Part shown: positions 11,661 to 28,395 of the stretch, in pieces
Layout: the number at the start of each line of letters is the position of its first letter
Numbering within the stretch: the stretch's first letter is position 1
DNA from: Novakomyces olei
Lineage: Eukaryota
DNA length: 64,000 nt
Assembly: GCA_016906335.1 (NCBI GenBank)
Contig: JADEYG010000007.1
Location: 1,860,001 to 1,924,000, forward strand
Direction: 5' to 3'
The notes under the pieces: generated by a model
Database searches by the model: none
What the model was told of the DNA's origin: nothing
What the model saw: only the letters and a program-made list of their open reading frames with translations
Program-made: the position numbers and the translations under genes

Positions 11661-12650
11661 TCACTTCGTGACCTCGATACCTGTCTGGTTGACAATTCTA
11701 CCGTAGTGCTCTGTGCGCCGATGGCGACCGAAATCAAAAATAAATTTGCGTCCTTGCAAACATGCATCTAAATCAATGTCTGCTGTAATCAGTTCATCGT
11801 CCTGCGATACCGTCTCAGCGACAATATGACCTTGGGGGTCGACTATAAGACTGTGTCCAATCAACCCATACTTGCCGTCGTCGTAACCAGCTCGAGCGGC
11901 AGAAATACTCCAGACGGAGTTTGTATACGAATGGGCCTGCATAACCAGTTTGTGATGGAAAACTGCATCCTTTTCATACTCCTCTTTGCTCATATTAAGA
12001 TCGTACCCATTGCCATGTGGAGCAAATGTCGGCGTGTTGTAGCCCACACATACTAGCTCAACGCCCTGCAAAGCGTAAGAACGCCAAGATTCTGCCCACC
12101 GACGGTCATTGCACACCATCATTCCCACCAATGGATCTTTTGCAGGCTCACCGGGGAAAAAACCTGGTAAGCGAAATGCTTCAAAGCCCAGGTTTCCGGG
12201 TTTGAAGTATTTTTTCTCCAGCTGGTTAAGCGCTTCTGGATCTGGCAGTGGCTCCGCCGTGCCTGGTAGATGAATTTTCCTATATTTTGCTACGACGCCA
12301 CCTTGCCTTCCCACCATAACCGCAGTATTGTACCGCTCTGTTTCGCTCACTTTCTCCGCGTATCCCACGCAAACAGCAATGGCGCAAGCTTTTGCCTTAT
12401 CAAAGAAGGGCTTCAGCTCTTTGGAAGAAAGCACATCTTCCGGCTCGTAGAAACGGTCGAGACTCTCGCCCTCAAGACCAACATGACGCGGGAAAAATGT
12501 GGTAAATGTTGTCTCTGGGAAGCAAACAAGTTCAACTTTGCGCTTTGCAGCTTCATCTAACAAAGCATTGAGTCTTAATACTACAGATTCTTTGCTATCG
12601 TCAACACCAATAGCGCCGACCTGGGCAGCCGCTGCTTTTATGACACGCAT
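11661..12650 (-). CDS. N-carbamoyl-D-amino-acid amidohydrolase-like nitrilase-superfamily enzyme
   Basis: Intronless; first ATG at 12650 (MRVIKAAAAQVG). Glu-Lys-Cys triad motifs FPETTFTTFFPR, KYRKIHLPG, VCNDRRWAE; C-terminal FDFGRHRRTEHY typical of D-carbamoylases. Confidence 0.88.
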   Translation of the reverse strand: MRVIKAAAAQVGAIGVDDSKESVVLRLNALLDEAAKRKVELVCFPETTFTTFFPRHVGLEGESLDRFYEPEDVLSSKELKPFFDKAKACAIAVCVGYAEKVSETERYNTAVMVGRQGGVVAKYRKIHLPGTAEPLPDPEALNQLEKKYFKPGNLGFEAFRLPGFFPGEPAKDPLVGMMVCNDRRWAESWRSYALQGVELVCVGYNTPTFAPHGNGYDLNMSKEEYEKDAVFHHKLVMQAHSYTNSVWSISAARAGYDDGKYGLIGHSLIVDPQGHIVAETVSQDDELITADIDLDACLQGRKFIFDFGRHRRTEHYGRIVNQTGIEVTK

Positions 12651-13150
12651 TAGGGAGATTGCGAGGAGCGATATTGCTTGTTTTAACCAATGATTTGGCG
12701 CTGTTCTTGGAGCGAAGGCGCGGAGAGTGCGCCAGTATTTATCTATCACACATTCGTCTATCGGAGACTAATCTCGATATCTATGTGGGGGTCACTATGT
12801 GAGGCCCCCACTGGCCCCCACCGACCCGCACAATAACGCTCACTTATCTGATTGTCCCATGATCGTGAGTATAAACGCTGATCAGCTTGTGACGTTTGCA
12901 CAACGTTGTAGAATCATATTTAATTCAATGGATAGCGCACGACTTCACAGTCTCTGATGAAGCCTTCACCCATCCACAGCTTATTATTATTTGCCGATCT
13001 TAATCTAAACGCGCACTGCTAATATATCTATCTCGAAAGACGAATATAACAGATACATTATTAATGTAGCATAGACCATCATCACAGGTGGTATTCGTGA
13101 GTAGCGGTAATGTGTGTTTAACGCGAGTAAAGCATACCGACTCTGCCCAA

Positions 13151-15741
13151 ATGGAGGAGAAGCCGTCGCTTCGGTAAGCGGAAACTGCAACGAGAAACTT
13201 ATTGACTGTTAAAGAATTCGGGAACTTTTACGGCAACCTGATGTAAGTTTATTCTTTCGTGATATGATGTATCTGGCTGGCACTTTGGGTAACCGCGTTC
13301 TAGGATCTTGCCAAAATCCCAAATCTCATTGAGAAAATCACAAAAAATAAACAGCTTGTCGACTCCCGGCTCGATGCAAACCTCCGTCGACGTGAAGGGG
13401 AACTGGCTGTAAGTTATAGACTGGAGAAACATTCGACTGATATTGTGGCAGACGGCTTTAGCGTTCTTCACCCAATCACAGCAGGATATTAAAGCCGTAA
13501 AAAACGAGACACTACGCATCGATAAACTATGCTCCACTTCGAAAGATCAAGTGGACGAATTTGCGTTTATCCGCAAGGTAAATTGTGAATATAATATGGC
13601 AAAGAACCATCAATGAGCTAACTGAATAGATATCAAAAGTACATAATAACTTTGTGACTACGTTCAAAATGGTAGCAAGTCTCAGAACCATGCACGCGGA
13701 ACTTGATGCCATAGAGTCAATGCTTGACGAAGACGATGACGAGAACGGTACACTTCTTTTGTTTGATTTCTTTTGTTTGAACTGGTTGCACTCTATTTTA
13801 TCTTTGAAAGTCGACTAATGACAATAATATGAATAATTAAACTGGATCATTACTGACGTTCATTCATTTTAAATAGCGGAGCATTCGGACGGCTACCTTC
13901 TTCCATTGCATTTCAAGCTCGTGCGTCTGAACAATTTTCATGATCAGGCATTAATTCAGGCCAAAAGCGCGGATGCTGACGTGAGAAGCTCACTCGTTCA
14001 ATACTTTGAGAGGCTGGAACAGGTAAATGATACATTTGAAGAGCGCCTATGGACGATTGCCGCCAACATATTATGGATTGCGGAGGCAAGGCAAAAAAGC
14101 TTGGCAGTTCGTCTGGCCTGTATAATCGATACGGAAGAGCGTGCGGATGCCCGTGCTCAAGCAATGCAAGCTGCTATAAAAGGCCACAATGATCCTCATC
14201 GGCAGCTGGATCAAGGTTCAATGATGCAGGTCTCCAATAGGCAGATGAGGGGGTTTTTAACGAAATTTATGGACGCTGCAAAAGCGTCAGTTGACGACAA
14301 ATTTGAGGGTTTCCGAGACCAAGAGGGCAGTGGTGCAATACTGGAGAAGAGTGGCTGGATTCTCAAGGATTTGACAACATTGAGAGACGGTTTGCAAGAT
14401 TGTTTCCCTAAAGAATGGAACTTTGTCCATCAAATGATATCATTCTATCACGGTAATGTTTATAAATGCCTCCAGTCTGTTCTTGAATCAGAGCCTGATG
14501 CAGCGACAATTCTCGAGCTCTTAAGTTGGGTCGAAACTTACTACGAACGTGTCAAAAAACGGTTCGGTGTCGAACGAGATAGTCTGACCCCTCCTCTGGT
14601 TGATGGACGGCAAGATCAGCTAATCGACGAGTACCTGACAATGTTTGTTCGCAAACAGCGCGAGTGGGTAGCAAAGATATTTGAGGATGACGTCAAGGTT
14701 TTCACAGAGCGAACAGGCGAGCCAGAACAAGTTGAAAATGAATACGTATTGCCTGGATCATTGCATATCCTGCAAATGCTCTCTCAGCAAGTTGATGTTG
14801 CTGCCAATTGCGAGCAAGATCGTGTTCTTTCTTCCGTTGTACAAGAGCTTTTAAAGACACTGCAAGAGCTGTACAACAAGTGGAATCTTATTTTGAATAA
14901 AGAGATTGAAAAGCAAGTTTCCACTCCTGATCAAGTTCCTGTAGGCCTGGTTGAGTATACGATTGCTCTGGCAAATGGAGTATTAAAGGCTATTAATTTT
15001 GCGCAGGATGTTTCAGACTTTGCAAAGCCCAAATTAGCCGCTCATATGTGGTCGAGCCTGGAACCATTTTTGGACAGCGCCCTCAATTCATTTATAGATT
15101 TTGTTGACGTTTGTGCGGGTGCCGTTGTTAGGGTTATTGGAGCTGATATTGAAGGGCCCTGCTCATCACTTTTCACGGCTTCATGGTATGGTGGCGATCA
15201 GTTGGGAACGATAATTGCGACTGTAAGGGATTATTGGGATATAATACTTTCGAAATCCAATCATTCACTAAGCAATATGATACTGCTCAAGATTTGGCAA
15301 CATATATTCCGCAGTTATATAATGGCAGCAAAATCAAAAAAGGCTAGTCCGTTTAAAAAGAAGAATGGAGCCGTGGTCGAAGAAATCAGAAGGGATATGG
15401 TGGCCCTGGTCGAGTTTAATAATAGCTGCAAGACCGCTGATACTTCACTCATTCAGGATTATCTACGATTAGTGGATACTGTTGTTCTGAATCTGGTACA
15501 AACGGAAAATATCGAAGACGTTGAGGCTTATGTTCTGGCCGCCCGAGAAGCTTATCCCGAGATCCCTTCCCAGGTTTTTGAGGATTTGATCTCTAATCAT
15601 CAGGCATTGGATAAGTCTACGACAAAAAAGGCACTGGCATTTGTGCGTGGATTGCCTGCTGGTAATGCAGAAGGCGACCCTGCAAAAAAATCAACTTGGA
15701 CATTACTCAATTTATCTTCGAGTAACAACGCCGTGAGTTAA
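13151..15741 (+). CDS. SEC6: Exocyst subunit Sec6 (6 exons)
   Basis: Splicing five GT-AG introns gives MEEKPSLRIRELLRQPDDLAKIPNL...VDSRL, joined to the 611-aa helical ORF (VRLACIIDTEERAD, VEYTIALAN). Confidence 0.88.
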
Positions 15742-16015
15742 ATAAATTGCGTGAATGAGGAGTATGCTTGGTGGTAATTTGGGCGTTTGTGTATCATTAT
15801 TTAGAGGTCAATCGAGCCACTGGTTTTCTTTGCTTTTTCCTTTGTTGCCTAGTATGCTCTTTCCTACACGGAGTATATTGCTAAAGCGAATTTTGATATT
15901 GCCCATGGAATGATCCGTAGTTCGCATTACTCTGTACTAACTCTTAATCATTTGCCTTAATTTTTTAAGTAGACAATCTGCCACAGTGTAATCCAGGGAG
16001 TATAGATAATTAATT

Positions 16016-16037
16016 AACCCTAACCCTTGTAGTCACT
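16016..16037 (+). promoter_or_regulatory. Telobox/Homol E-like plus Homol D-like module
   Basis: AACCCTAACCCT followed by TAGTCACT about 130 bp upstream of the ATG at 16170. Confidence 0.4.
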
Positions 16038-16169
16038 ATAGCGCATGCAATATACACAGCAAGATGTTCTCTATAAGAATGCCTATCGCTCAGGGCCTCA
16101 TTATTATATATTTGATTAATATATATACATAATTAATATATACTGAAGGATATTCGGCGACTGAGAAAT

Positions 16170-17122
16170 ATGGTTCATGAGGGCGAAAGTGACGAATGGC
16201 AGCGAGCACGGAAACGTGTCAAGGGCGAATCAGTAGAGAACGACGCACATGAGGCGATTTTAACCGGTGGTAGTAGGCTCACAGATTCTGAACGGGGAGG
16301 CACATTATATGATCAGCTCCAGGAAAACAAACGCATCGAAGACGCTAAATGGCAGGAGGAGCATGCAATGTGTATGTATATTATCAAGATATTAGAGACT
16401 GACTAGAGTGAACAGTACATTCGTTTCGGGCTTTGAATGAAGAGGAATTGAAATTTATTGAGGAGCTAAAGCAAAAGGATGCCATCAGGGCAAGGAGAGA
16501 AGAAACTCTGGAAAAGCTCAATGAATTCAAAAAGTATGAATACCCTTGTTTGCATCTAGAAATTTATGGCTAGAATCATTGTCGGTCATATTGATTCAAT
16601 TTCTTTTCATTAAACAACTCTGAATTTATTTTTAGTGGTTCTTTCATTCATGTTTCAATTATTTATGATGTGCACGTTTGGATTTGTTTACTATCCATAA
16701 ATGTAACATTTACTAACGCATAAAGATCTCAATTGATCTTATCGGGAGCCAATGGAGACGTACAAAATGTTGCAGCAAACGAAACTGTGCCCGCAAGGAT
16801 GACTTTTCCTAAAATGAGACGACCAGCTCACATAAAAGCAGACCCGAGTCTCCAAAAGTCACGGAAATCTACACCCACCGATAATGAGCAAGCGCGTAAA
16901 GCAGATGATTTAGTGTATTCATCACCTTTGATTACTGAATTAGGTGCTAAAATCGTCGCAAAATCTGATGAAAATGGCGATAAAAAGGCAGAAGATGGGA
17001 AATCCACTGAAGTATCAGCGAAGCCACTTAATGCCGAACCAACGATCAAAAAGAAGGCCAGAACGATGCTAGTTGCTTACGGCTCCGATGATGATGACGA
17101 TGATGATGAAAATAAAAAATAA
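16170..17122 (+). CDS. FAM192A/NIP30/Fyv6-family protein (3 exons)
   Basis: TLYDQLQENK...WQEE, then spliced FRALNEEELKFIEEL; C-terminal LVAYGSDDDD; two GT-AG introns. Confidence 0.8.
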
Positions 17123-17875
17123 AGTGAAAATGTATATGAAGCTTATCATATCTCACGAACTAGAGCTAGAAAAGCGCAAGAATGAGCTCGAACATGACAG
17201 GCATTTCTCTTACTGCTATAAGATGATGCTTTATTTCTGTTTAGTCTCTCAAAGGTCACCAGAAACTCTGGTTTCTGGGTTAACCAGACGCAAATGGCTC
17301 CTGAGACGAATACTTCTCAAGGTGCACCAAAACGACAAAAATCTCTTTTTTTTTTCGAACAATCTTGGTCACGAATTCTTTGAACGATCATCTTTTAATG
17401 AATAATTACAGTTAAGCCGCAATAAAAGCCTTTCTGTTTTACTTTAGTTTTATTTTTTTGGGTTTGATCTTTGAGACTTACCATGTTGCTTGTTCGATGA
17501 TGATGCCCACTCTTCTGCCGCCATTTCGCACAGTGACTTATCAAAAGCAAAACAAGGAGGGCTTTAATTGATAAAATTATGGAAATTACTGGAAATAATC
17601 CTAAGGCTCAGTCATTGTGATAGACAAGAACTTTGAATTATGGTGCCCCAGTTTGCACAAATAGAACAAAGCGCGACTCGGTTTCATAATAATTTGACTA
17701 CGATGCACAAACTAAAGAAACACGTTAATTATAAGAACAGCTCACATATAAATCAATATGAAGTTTTTTGTGCTGTTTATAGATTTATATATAGTCATAT
17801 TAAGTAAGTATATTGAATGATGCTTCATACTTCATATGACAGAGTTGTAGACCGCCAAACATCGGCTGTTTGAGA

Positions 17876-20210
17876 ATGTCGGTTCATGAATCGCTGAACC
17901 TTTTTGTGACGCGGGAGGTGTACACAATATTACCTACTGTCGGATCGGCTCAAGGAGTTCACATAAATCGGCTCGATGGCAATATTACAATGAAACGTAA
18001 GCGGACAGGAATAAATTGAAGCTTGTGGACTAAATGGAACAGCCACTGCATCATTGATGCGTACGGGAGAGCCACGTAGAATTTTTGGGATTGTCGGTAT
18101 CATCAATTTGAAGCTAGACAAGTACCTTATTGTTATCACGGAACGCCGACACGTTGCACGGCTAGACCGAGATGATATCTATGAAGCAACTGCTTTTGAC
18201 ATTTTACCCACACGATTGGCGAGTCTGAATACCCTGACAGATGAGGAAGAGAAGCAATATGTTGCACTCATTACTGCTCATTTGCATTTTGGCAGCTTTT
18301 ATTTTTCTCCGTCCGGAGATATAACAAATTCTCAACAGCGACAAGCCCATGTGTCTAGCGAGAATGACGAGCCGCTCTGGAAAAGGGTAATTGATTGCAC
18401 GTCCTTGTTTACTTGTTGCTTGTTACTATTTTGTCTGGCTTGCAATTTTGTTCTTTCCGTGTTTGTGATTAATTAATTATTATTAATTGACGTCTTTCAT
18501 GTTGCTGACAATTGCAGGCGAATGACCGCTTTTTCTGGAACAAGTTTGCTCAAACAGAGCTTATTGCATCGATTGGCAAAGAGCCGGATGCGGGTGGATA
18601 CATTCTACCCATTGTTTTTGGCTGTAAGTCTTTTTGTATTACTGTTTTGCATGTATATAATCGAAAACGAAATGTTTGACATAATGTTAAATTCCCATTT
18701 TTCTATGTATTTTATTTATTTATATTCGGTATTATTTCCTGAAATCAGCTGACAAAATCTATCTCTAGTCATTTCAATGACAAATATATACGTTAAAGGC
18801 TCGTATATAACCTTTGCTCTGATTGCGCGTCGCAGCCGGTACAGGGCGGGGACCCGATATTTCTCTAGGGGAATCGATCCTTCTGGACACGTTTCAAATT
18901 TCAACGAGACTGAGCAGCTTGTCGTTGTAGACAGCGGTCACAAGGAAACAGAGCTTTTTTCCTACGTACAGACACGCGGCTCTGTACCAGTTAAATGGGC
19001 CGAGGTTAATAATCTTCACTACAAGCCGCAGCTCAAAATCTCTGCTATCGACAATGCGGTTCAGCCGGCACGCAAGCACTTTGAAGATCAGATTGAAACG
19101 TACGGTGATCAATATCTCGTGAACCTTGTAAACTCGTCCGGCTATGAAAAACCCGTTAAATTGGCTTACGAGAGGCTTGTTTCCGTCTTGAATAATCCAA
19201 GGATCCACTACACTTATTTCGATTTTCACAAGGAGTGCCGGGGTATGCAATGGTACCGTGTGCAGATTTTGATAGACGCTTTACTCAAAGATTTGGAGAC
19301 ACAGGGCTATTTTCATTTGAAAACGGGAGGCATTAAATCCATCGTGTCTGAGCAGCATTCCGTTGTACGCACCAATTGTATGGATTGCCTGGATAGAACA
19401 AACGTCGTTCAAAGCTGCCTCGCTCGATGGGTTCTTACTCGACAGCTTCAACAGTGCCAAATTTTATCGAAGGGCGAAAGTGTACAAGATATTCCAGAGC
19501 TAGAGAACTTGTTTAGAAATGGTGAGAGAATACTTGGATGAATTGTATGACTAATACTAACGCTTTCAGTCTGGGCTGATCATGCAAATGCACTGTCTAC
19601 CGCTTACTCTGGGACAGGAGCTCTTAAAACGGACTTCACAAGGTATGATAGAATTTTATTCAACTATTTAATTATTTAAGTATTTAATTTGAAAACTTGA
19701 AACCACAACAAATTCTAATAAATTTGCAGAACCGGTGTCCGCACCAAATGGGGTTTACTCATGGACGGCTACAATTCACTAAGTCGCTACTTGAAGAACA
19801 ACTTTTTTGACGGCCCAAGACAAGACGCTTACGATCTTTTCTTGGGCAATTATGATCCTTCAAAAGAAGGTGGTGCACAGGATAATCCTTTTGCAGATTT
19901 ACGTCCACTCTCCCTGCAATGTATTCCATACATATTTTGGATATCCATTTTTATGCTGTTTGCGGGGTTGGCTTTGCCTAGGAAGGCGGAAACACGTTTG
20001 CCCTTTAAACTTTATTTAATCTTCTGGGTTGTTATTTTATTATGGTCTCTTTGGAGCTTGGAGAAGTTTGGCATGAGTTTTGTCAACTGGCCTCGACTTG
20101 TTAGACTTGACTGGCTGGAAGAGCAAGCTATACGTCATGGTGCCGGCACTGGAAGTTGGAGCTTTAATAAAGCACGGGAATTAGAAAACGGGAAGAAGCG
20201 TATAGAATAA
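17876..20210 (+). CDS. SAC1: Phosphoinositide phosphatase Sac1 (6 exons)
   Basis: RFFWN, ARRSRYRAGTRYFSRGID, RGSVP, catalytic RTNCMDCLDRTN (CX5RT), YSGTGALKTDFTRTG, two C-terminal TM segments; five GT-AG introns. Confidence 0.95.
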
Positions 20211-20249
20211 TTTTGCGTCCGACAACTTTATTATTCGAGCCTTCGATTT

Positions 20250-20345
20250 ATTTATTAATCTTTTGTTTGTTTATTTATTCATTTATTAATCTTTTATTTA
20301 TTTATTTAATTATTTATTTATTAAGCTTTTATTTATTTATTTATT
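20250..20345. repeat. Imperfect (TTTA)n low-complexity tract
   Basis: Interrupted TTTA/TTA runs 3' of SAC1. Confidence 0.6.
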
Positions 20346-20680
20346 AACTCTTCAAACAAATAAATTGATTGTAATTTGAGTATCCAAACAGAATGTATCT
20401 GGCTCTGGAAAAACAACCTTTCGCTTACCATATACTACTAGTTTTTCTATAAAATTAACTCTCCTTTGTACATATCAAATGATATAGATGGTTAACCATA
20501 AATAAAGGGCCAAATTATAATAATAGTAGTAATAAGAATACAACGGATTTATTTTGCCAAGGATTTTATGGAAACTTGATTTATATAATGTATCCATAAG
20601 TATTTACGCAAGACTATGAAATCAATGCTTGTTCAAGGCTAATCTATTTTCATGGTCCTCCTTAATACTCACTATTCTGC

Positions 20681-23598
<2,918 letters not shown>

Positions 23599-24089
23599 AT
23601 CGCTTCGTCCAGATATAGCGTCAAATAGCCCAGTCTCTTTACAATCCTCAGTGAACAAACTGCCAATAGGCAAAGCGAGTACGAGTGCTCGGACGGAAGA
23701 AGGGAACCGGTCGCAAAGCGGTGTCGATCGTTTGAGCAACAGACTTTGACTTTTTGCCACACAAAAGCGCCCTTAATAAATTGTGGGAGTATATATTATG
23801 TGTAAATCTCTGTATACGGCTATGATTTTTAGATAAACGCGAAAGCCCTAATAGCCAAATTTATTCTGGGCAAAACCGAGGAAAACACCCTAAGTGTGTG
23901 TGATTTTGATAATCAAATAAACCACACTATACTAAAAATTTGACAGTAAACCCTAAACGCGGACTCGCAGCTTAAAACGCTAATACGCAGAGTGTCCAGA
24001 AAACCCTGACACTTTTGAGGGGTCGAAAGGCAGGTGACACGGATCGTCCAAACTTGCTCTTGACGCGGGCTGTGAAGAGTTTGTGTGAA

Positions 24090-25703
24090 ATGGCAGACGC
24101 CGATCTTTTTGGCGCAGATGAGGAGGATGCTGCCCTGTCCGTACAGGGCAGCACCGCAATTGGCGACTCTGGAACACCGGCAACTGGCTCAAGTTTAAAA
24201 AATGAGCCAGTAAATCGCGGCGATGAAGAGGAGCCAATTGCAAACGCAAAAGAGTCTGCCGATCTATTCAAGAAGGACGAGCCTAGTCGGCCAATGTATG
24301 GCGTTTTTCTTTGATAGGATAAGCTAATTAGTGAAAGCCAGGAAAGAAACGAAAAGTCTGGTACAGATCTTTTCGATGAGGCAAGTGGCAGCCATAGCAA
24401 CCTTGACGAAGATCAATATGTTGTTGAGAGCCAACGGGCGTTAGAGGTTTCCGTGCCTTACTCGCGAGCCAGTCCTGGTAGCGACAATCATGTAAGCTTT
24501 ACAATTGCTCGTGAAGAGAACACTGCACATAGATTTGTTTTATTTCTCTAAACACCAGTTGTATCATATGCGTACTCCAGCGTTTCTACAGTTTGAGCGG
24601 CAAGTCTATGACCGAGAGCGGTTTGTCGGTACAGTGGCGGGAGAGCAGGAAGGCATGACTCAGCGGGCACAATGGCAAATGAACAAACTCCGAGTGGACA
24701 ATGTTCTACGGTGGCGACACAAACGCGATGCTGATGGAAATATTGTAGGCCGTGAGTCAAATTGCCGGTACGTCAAATGGTCAGACGGGACAATGTCGCT
24801 TTTAGTAGGAAACGATTTTTACGAGGTACAAACGAAGAGTGTTCCATTGAAGCACACGTATTTGAGCTACGTGTTTTCCGGCGATCTAATGGGCTTGCAA
24901 AACCAGTTTACGGACAACATGTCTGTATTCCCCCTAAAAACATCAATGTTGGCCTTTAAGAAAGTCAAAGAAAGCGGACTGCAACGCAATACCCCAGCGA
25001 AGGTTAAGGAGTTTGCTACGCAGCAAGATCCAGAGAAGATGAAACGTGAAGCTGAGCAGGTATGTATTACTCAGTCAATGTAAAATACTAGCTATTTGTC
25101 TTTCTACATTCTGTTTTTATATTTCGAGTTTTTTTCTTTCTCGATTCATTTCTCTTTCATACATTTCCTAAACATCCATAGCTTGAAACGGAACGATTAC
25201 GTGCAAAGAGGAAGCTCGAATCTCAGCGACGGGCACAAAAAATGAAATATCAGATGGCAGAGGACGACGAGCTTACAGGTTATGGATTCTCTTCACGGAA
25301 CACACGAGACAAAAATTATGACAGATATGAGGATGAAGATGATTCTGGTTTTGTGGTTGATGAGGAAGAAGAGGAGCGAAAAGAAAAAGAGCGGATGGAG
25401 CGGCTGCGGAAGATTAAGCAGCAGGGCAACGAGATTTACAAAGGAAAATCTGCATCTCGAGTCTCTGATGAAAGCGAATCTGAAGAAGAAGAGGAAGCTG
25501 GAAATGAAGAAGTGGATGAAGAAGAAGAAGAGGAAGAGGAAGCAGAGTCTACCGAGTCGGAAGACATCGCTGCCGATAGACAGAACGCGCAAAGCTCTTC
25601 ACAAGTAGCTCAAGCTGGCCCAGATCCGGCTGCACAGAATACAGTGGATGACCCGAAATCTAAACGACGCCGAATCATTGCTAGCGATGATGAAGACGAG
25701 TAG
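24090..25703 (+). CDS. LEO1: Paf1 complex subunit Leo1 (4 exons)
   Basis: Acidic DLFG/DLF repeats; NVLRWR...ESNCRYVKWSDGTMSLLVG Leo1 core; DPEKMKREAE; acidic tail ending RRRIIASDDEDE. Confidence 0.9.
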
Positions 25704-26706
25704 GAGCAAAGGTGGATCAGAGTAAAAATGGTTTAAAAATGGCATGACATTAATTTGTATCAGCATTCTTTTGGAATGGCACTAAACCCCGATTGCATAG
25801 TCTTTGTGATAAAGTAAATACGATTATGTAATAGTAGTTCCTTCTTGCTACAATTATAACGAGAACGATTGTTTAAAGGCTAATTGTATATTTTGTACTC
25901 TATTTTGCACTCTGATACGCAGAGCTGTGACAGATCAGCTGGGCTAGTTTGATTGTCGACCCAGATCAACCAATTGACTGGATATGAGTAAAGATTTCTT
26001 ATTTAATTCTTATAGTCTAGCCCCAAAAGAAATGTACCACACGACAACAAGGTCCCGGCATTTTTCACCGTGATCGGCCACAGAGTGACTGCTGAATATC
26101 TTGCGGGTATTAATATTTGACGTCGGAACGAAAGACTCGTCGTAGTGAAGCTTTGAAACGGTCCTCTACTGACGCCGATACTTTAAACTAGTAGATAGAC
26201 TGGCCTCATGGGCACAGTCTTCTAGGTATAGTAAAGTACCACTACTGATGTGAGGAAAAAATGTGCACCTCTGGACCTATTTATATTACTGCGGAAAAAA
26301 AAAATAAAAAAAAGAAAAGAAACTCCGAAAGGGGGTCCAAGCTGCTTGAAAGTTTTGCAGTAAATACGTTTTAGTTAAAATACAATATAATAATTATATG
26401 AAGCAAGCGAACTTTAAAAAAAGCCCAAGTAACGTAAAGGGCCGACTGGTTACACTTGATTTTTCAGTCTATATACGATTCAGCTACTAACATTGGCCAG
26501 AGCCAAGTCGCAATTCATATTTACAAGGCTACATGGCTCAATGTGTCATCTTTTTTCAACAGATCATTCCATTAAAGCCATTCCCATGACCAAAATACTG
26601 TCCAGAAAAAAAGAAAAAAAAATTGGAAAAAAAATAAAAAGATAAAAAGCCCCTATACAGATGCCGCTTAAGAGTTCTTCTTGCTAAGAACGACCCACTT
26701 GCAAAA

Positions 26707-27631
26707 TCATGAATAAGTCTCCACAAGTGTGTCTCTCATTTGCCCGACAATAGAACTTGGCTGAGCGTCCTGTAATTTGAAAATTGATTCAATTACAGAC
26801 AATTCAGTTGCAGTCGTATCCATTCCGGAGAAAGCACACCAATCATTCACCACCATTCCTGCGCCAATTACGTCGGAGCCACGGTTTACCGTACCAGCAA
26901 CTAAAGGTACCTGTAATAATGATGAAATTTCGTCTTGCTCTTGGATAGTAGTGCGTGGATGCACCAAAGCACCTTGATTGGATAAAGCGCAGTAGCTTCC
27001 TACTAAAACGTTATTGGCTACAGTCTGCCGAAATACTTCAACTCCCAACACATCTGCAATTATTTCCTCGGTTTCCCGTTCAATCTAGATTTATCATTAG
27101 CATCGTAAAACACAAACCCTCAAAGAAAAGTCTATAAAGGCAAATCAATTGAATGAAGCCAGGCAAATATCAATATAAAACAAAAACAACAGAAAAACAA
27201 ATCAGAAAACTCTCAATCATACATCAGGATGAACCAGGGCAACATAATCGTTACAGGCTACAACATTTCCCAAAGCAGACAGCCGTTCTTCGACTCTCTG
27301 AATTTTTACACTGTCTGGCAGCGAATTACGTAAATGTTGGAGTTCGTTGTCGGTCGTTGAAGAAGGCACTAGAAGGCCTTTGCGATTTCCCGTAGTCAGT
27401 CTGCCGATAATACGGTTTCCGCCAATCGTAGTGCTAACGACGGGAACAACGTCACCTAGTTCGGACTCGAACACGGAGTAGAAATTTTCTGAGCCTCCCA
27501 GTGCTGTAAGCGCATATCCGTTCGTCAAACGGGAGAAAACTCCAACCCTATCATGTGAGTAAAATTTAGGAATAGAATGCTGCCATGGAATCATACTCGT
27601 TAGAGTTCTCAAACTGGCATCGCAACGCCAT
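26707..27631 (-). CDS. TIF6: Translation initiation factor eIF6 (3 exons)
   Basis: [21 protein letters not shown] after splicing; [24 protein letters not shown] segment, [23 protein letters not shown]. Confidence 0.97.
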
Positions 27632-27979
27632 TTTGAAAGATCAAATATCGATTATCAAGAGTTGTGTCCATACTTTATTGTCATTAATTATATACTACGG
27701 TCCTACGAGAATTACAGTATCTTCAAGTAAAGCAATGCTACCCTAATTACCTAGGTATATTGGAAAAGGCCAATTACAGATGGAGCTTTGATAGATTGGT
27801 ACGAGACGATATTACATTACATTAAAAAGGACAACGCAATCGGAGTCAACATTTTTAACGTATGAGATAAGGATGAAAGAGAGACATTCAAAACATAATA
27901 ATTTTTTTTTCAAATGATATTTAGCTCACCAGGTAGATAGTATTATCGAGCACAACAAAAATATAAATTTAGCAAAAAG

Positions 27980-28061
27980 TTCGGATACCGGGACTCGAAC
28001 CCGGGTCACGCGTGTAGTCTATAATGAGAGACGCGGATCATAACCCCTAGACCATATCCGA
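27980..28061 (-). tRNA. tRNA-Glu(CTC) with 10-nt intron
   Basis: TCGGATA/TATCCGA acceptor stem, TGGTCTAGGGG A box, CGCGT-CT-CTC-A[TTATAGACTA]C-ACGCG anticodon arm, GGTTCGAGTCC B box, followed by a T5 Pol III terminator. Confidence 0.95.
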
Positions 28062-28395
28062 TAGCCCATACAGTAATACAGAATGCCAAAACTCAGAAAT
28101 TGTAGAATATATACTATTAAGATATAAAGTTCAATAGAAAGTAAAGTCGCTTTTGTTTCAAAATGAGATCAACACTTCCACTTCGATATGCTATATTATT
28201 TTCAGGCAATTATTGGATATGCTTTCATGGAGCTTGCTAAGGAGAAATGCCGGTATTGATACATCCGTCCTACATTCATTCTGGCCAGCCTGCCATAATT
28301 TTACTATATGTTGTAATATTCATTTATAACGTTTTGGCCCAGCAATATAGGAAACAAATAATTACATATAATTTTGTTTTCGCATATAAATCATT

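Noticed and set aside
12651..12749. GTG/TTG-initiated N-terminal extensions in the ORF track (also 23599-23760, 41713, 57879)
   Set aside because: Artefacts of prokaryote-style start calling; the first in-frame ATG fits each family better.
26451..26460. ATCAAGTGTA on the - strand resembling U2 snRNA
   Set aside because: It does not continue into GTATCTG and lacks the U2 5' stem.
25704..26706. 1-kb gap between convergent LEO1 and TIF6 as a possible ncRNA locus
   Set aside because: I could not find C/D boxes, RNase P/MRP, SRP or telomerase-template signatures by eye; an Rfam scan would be needed.
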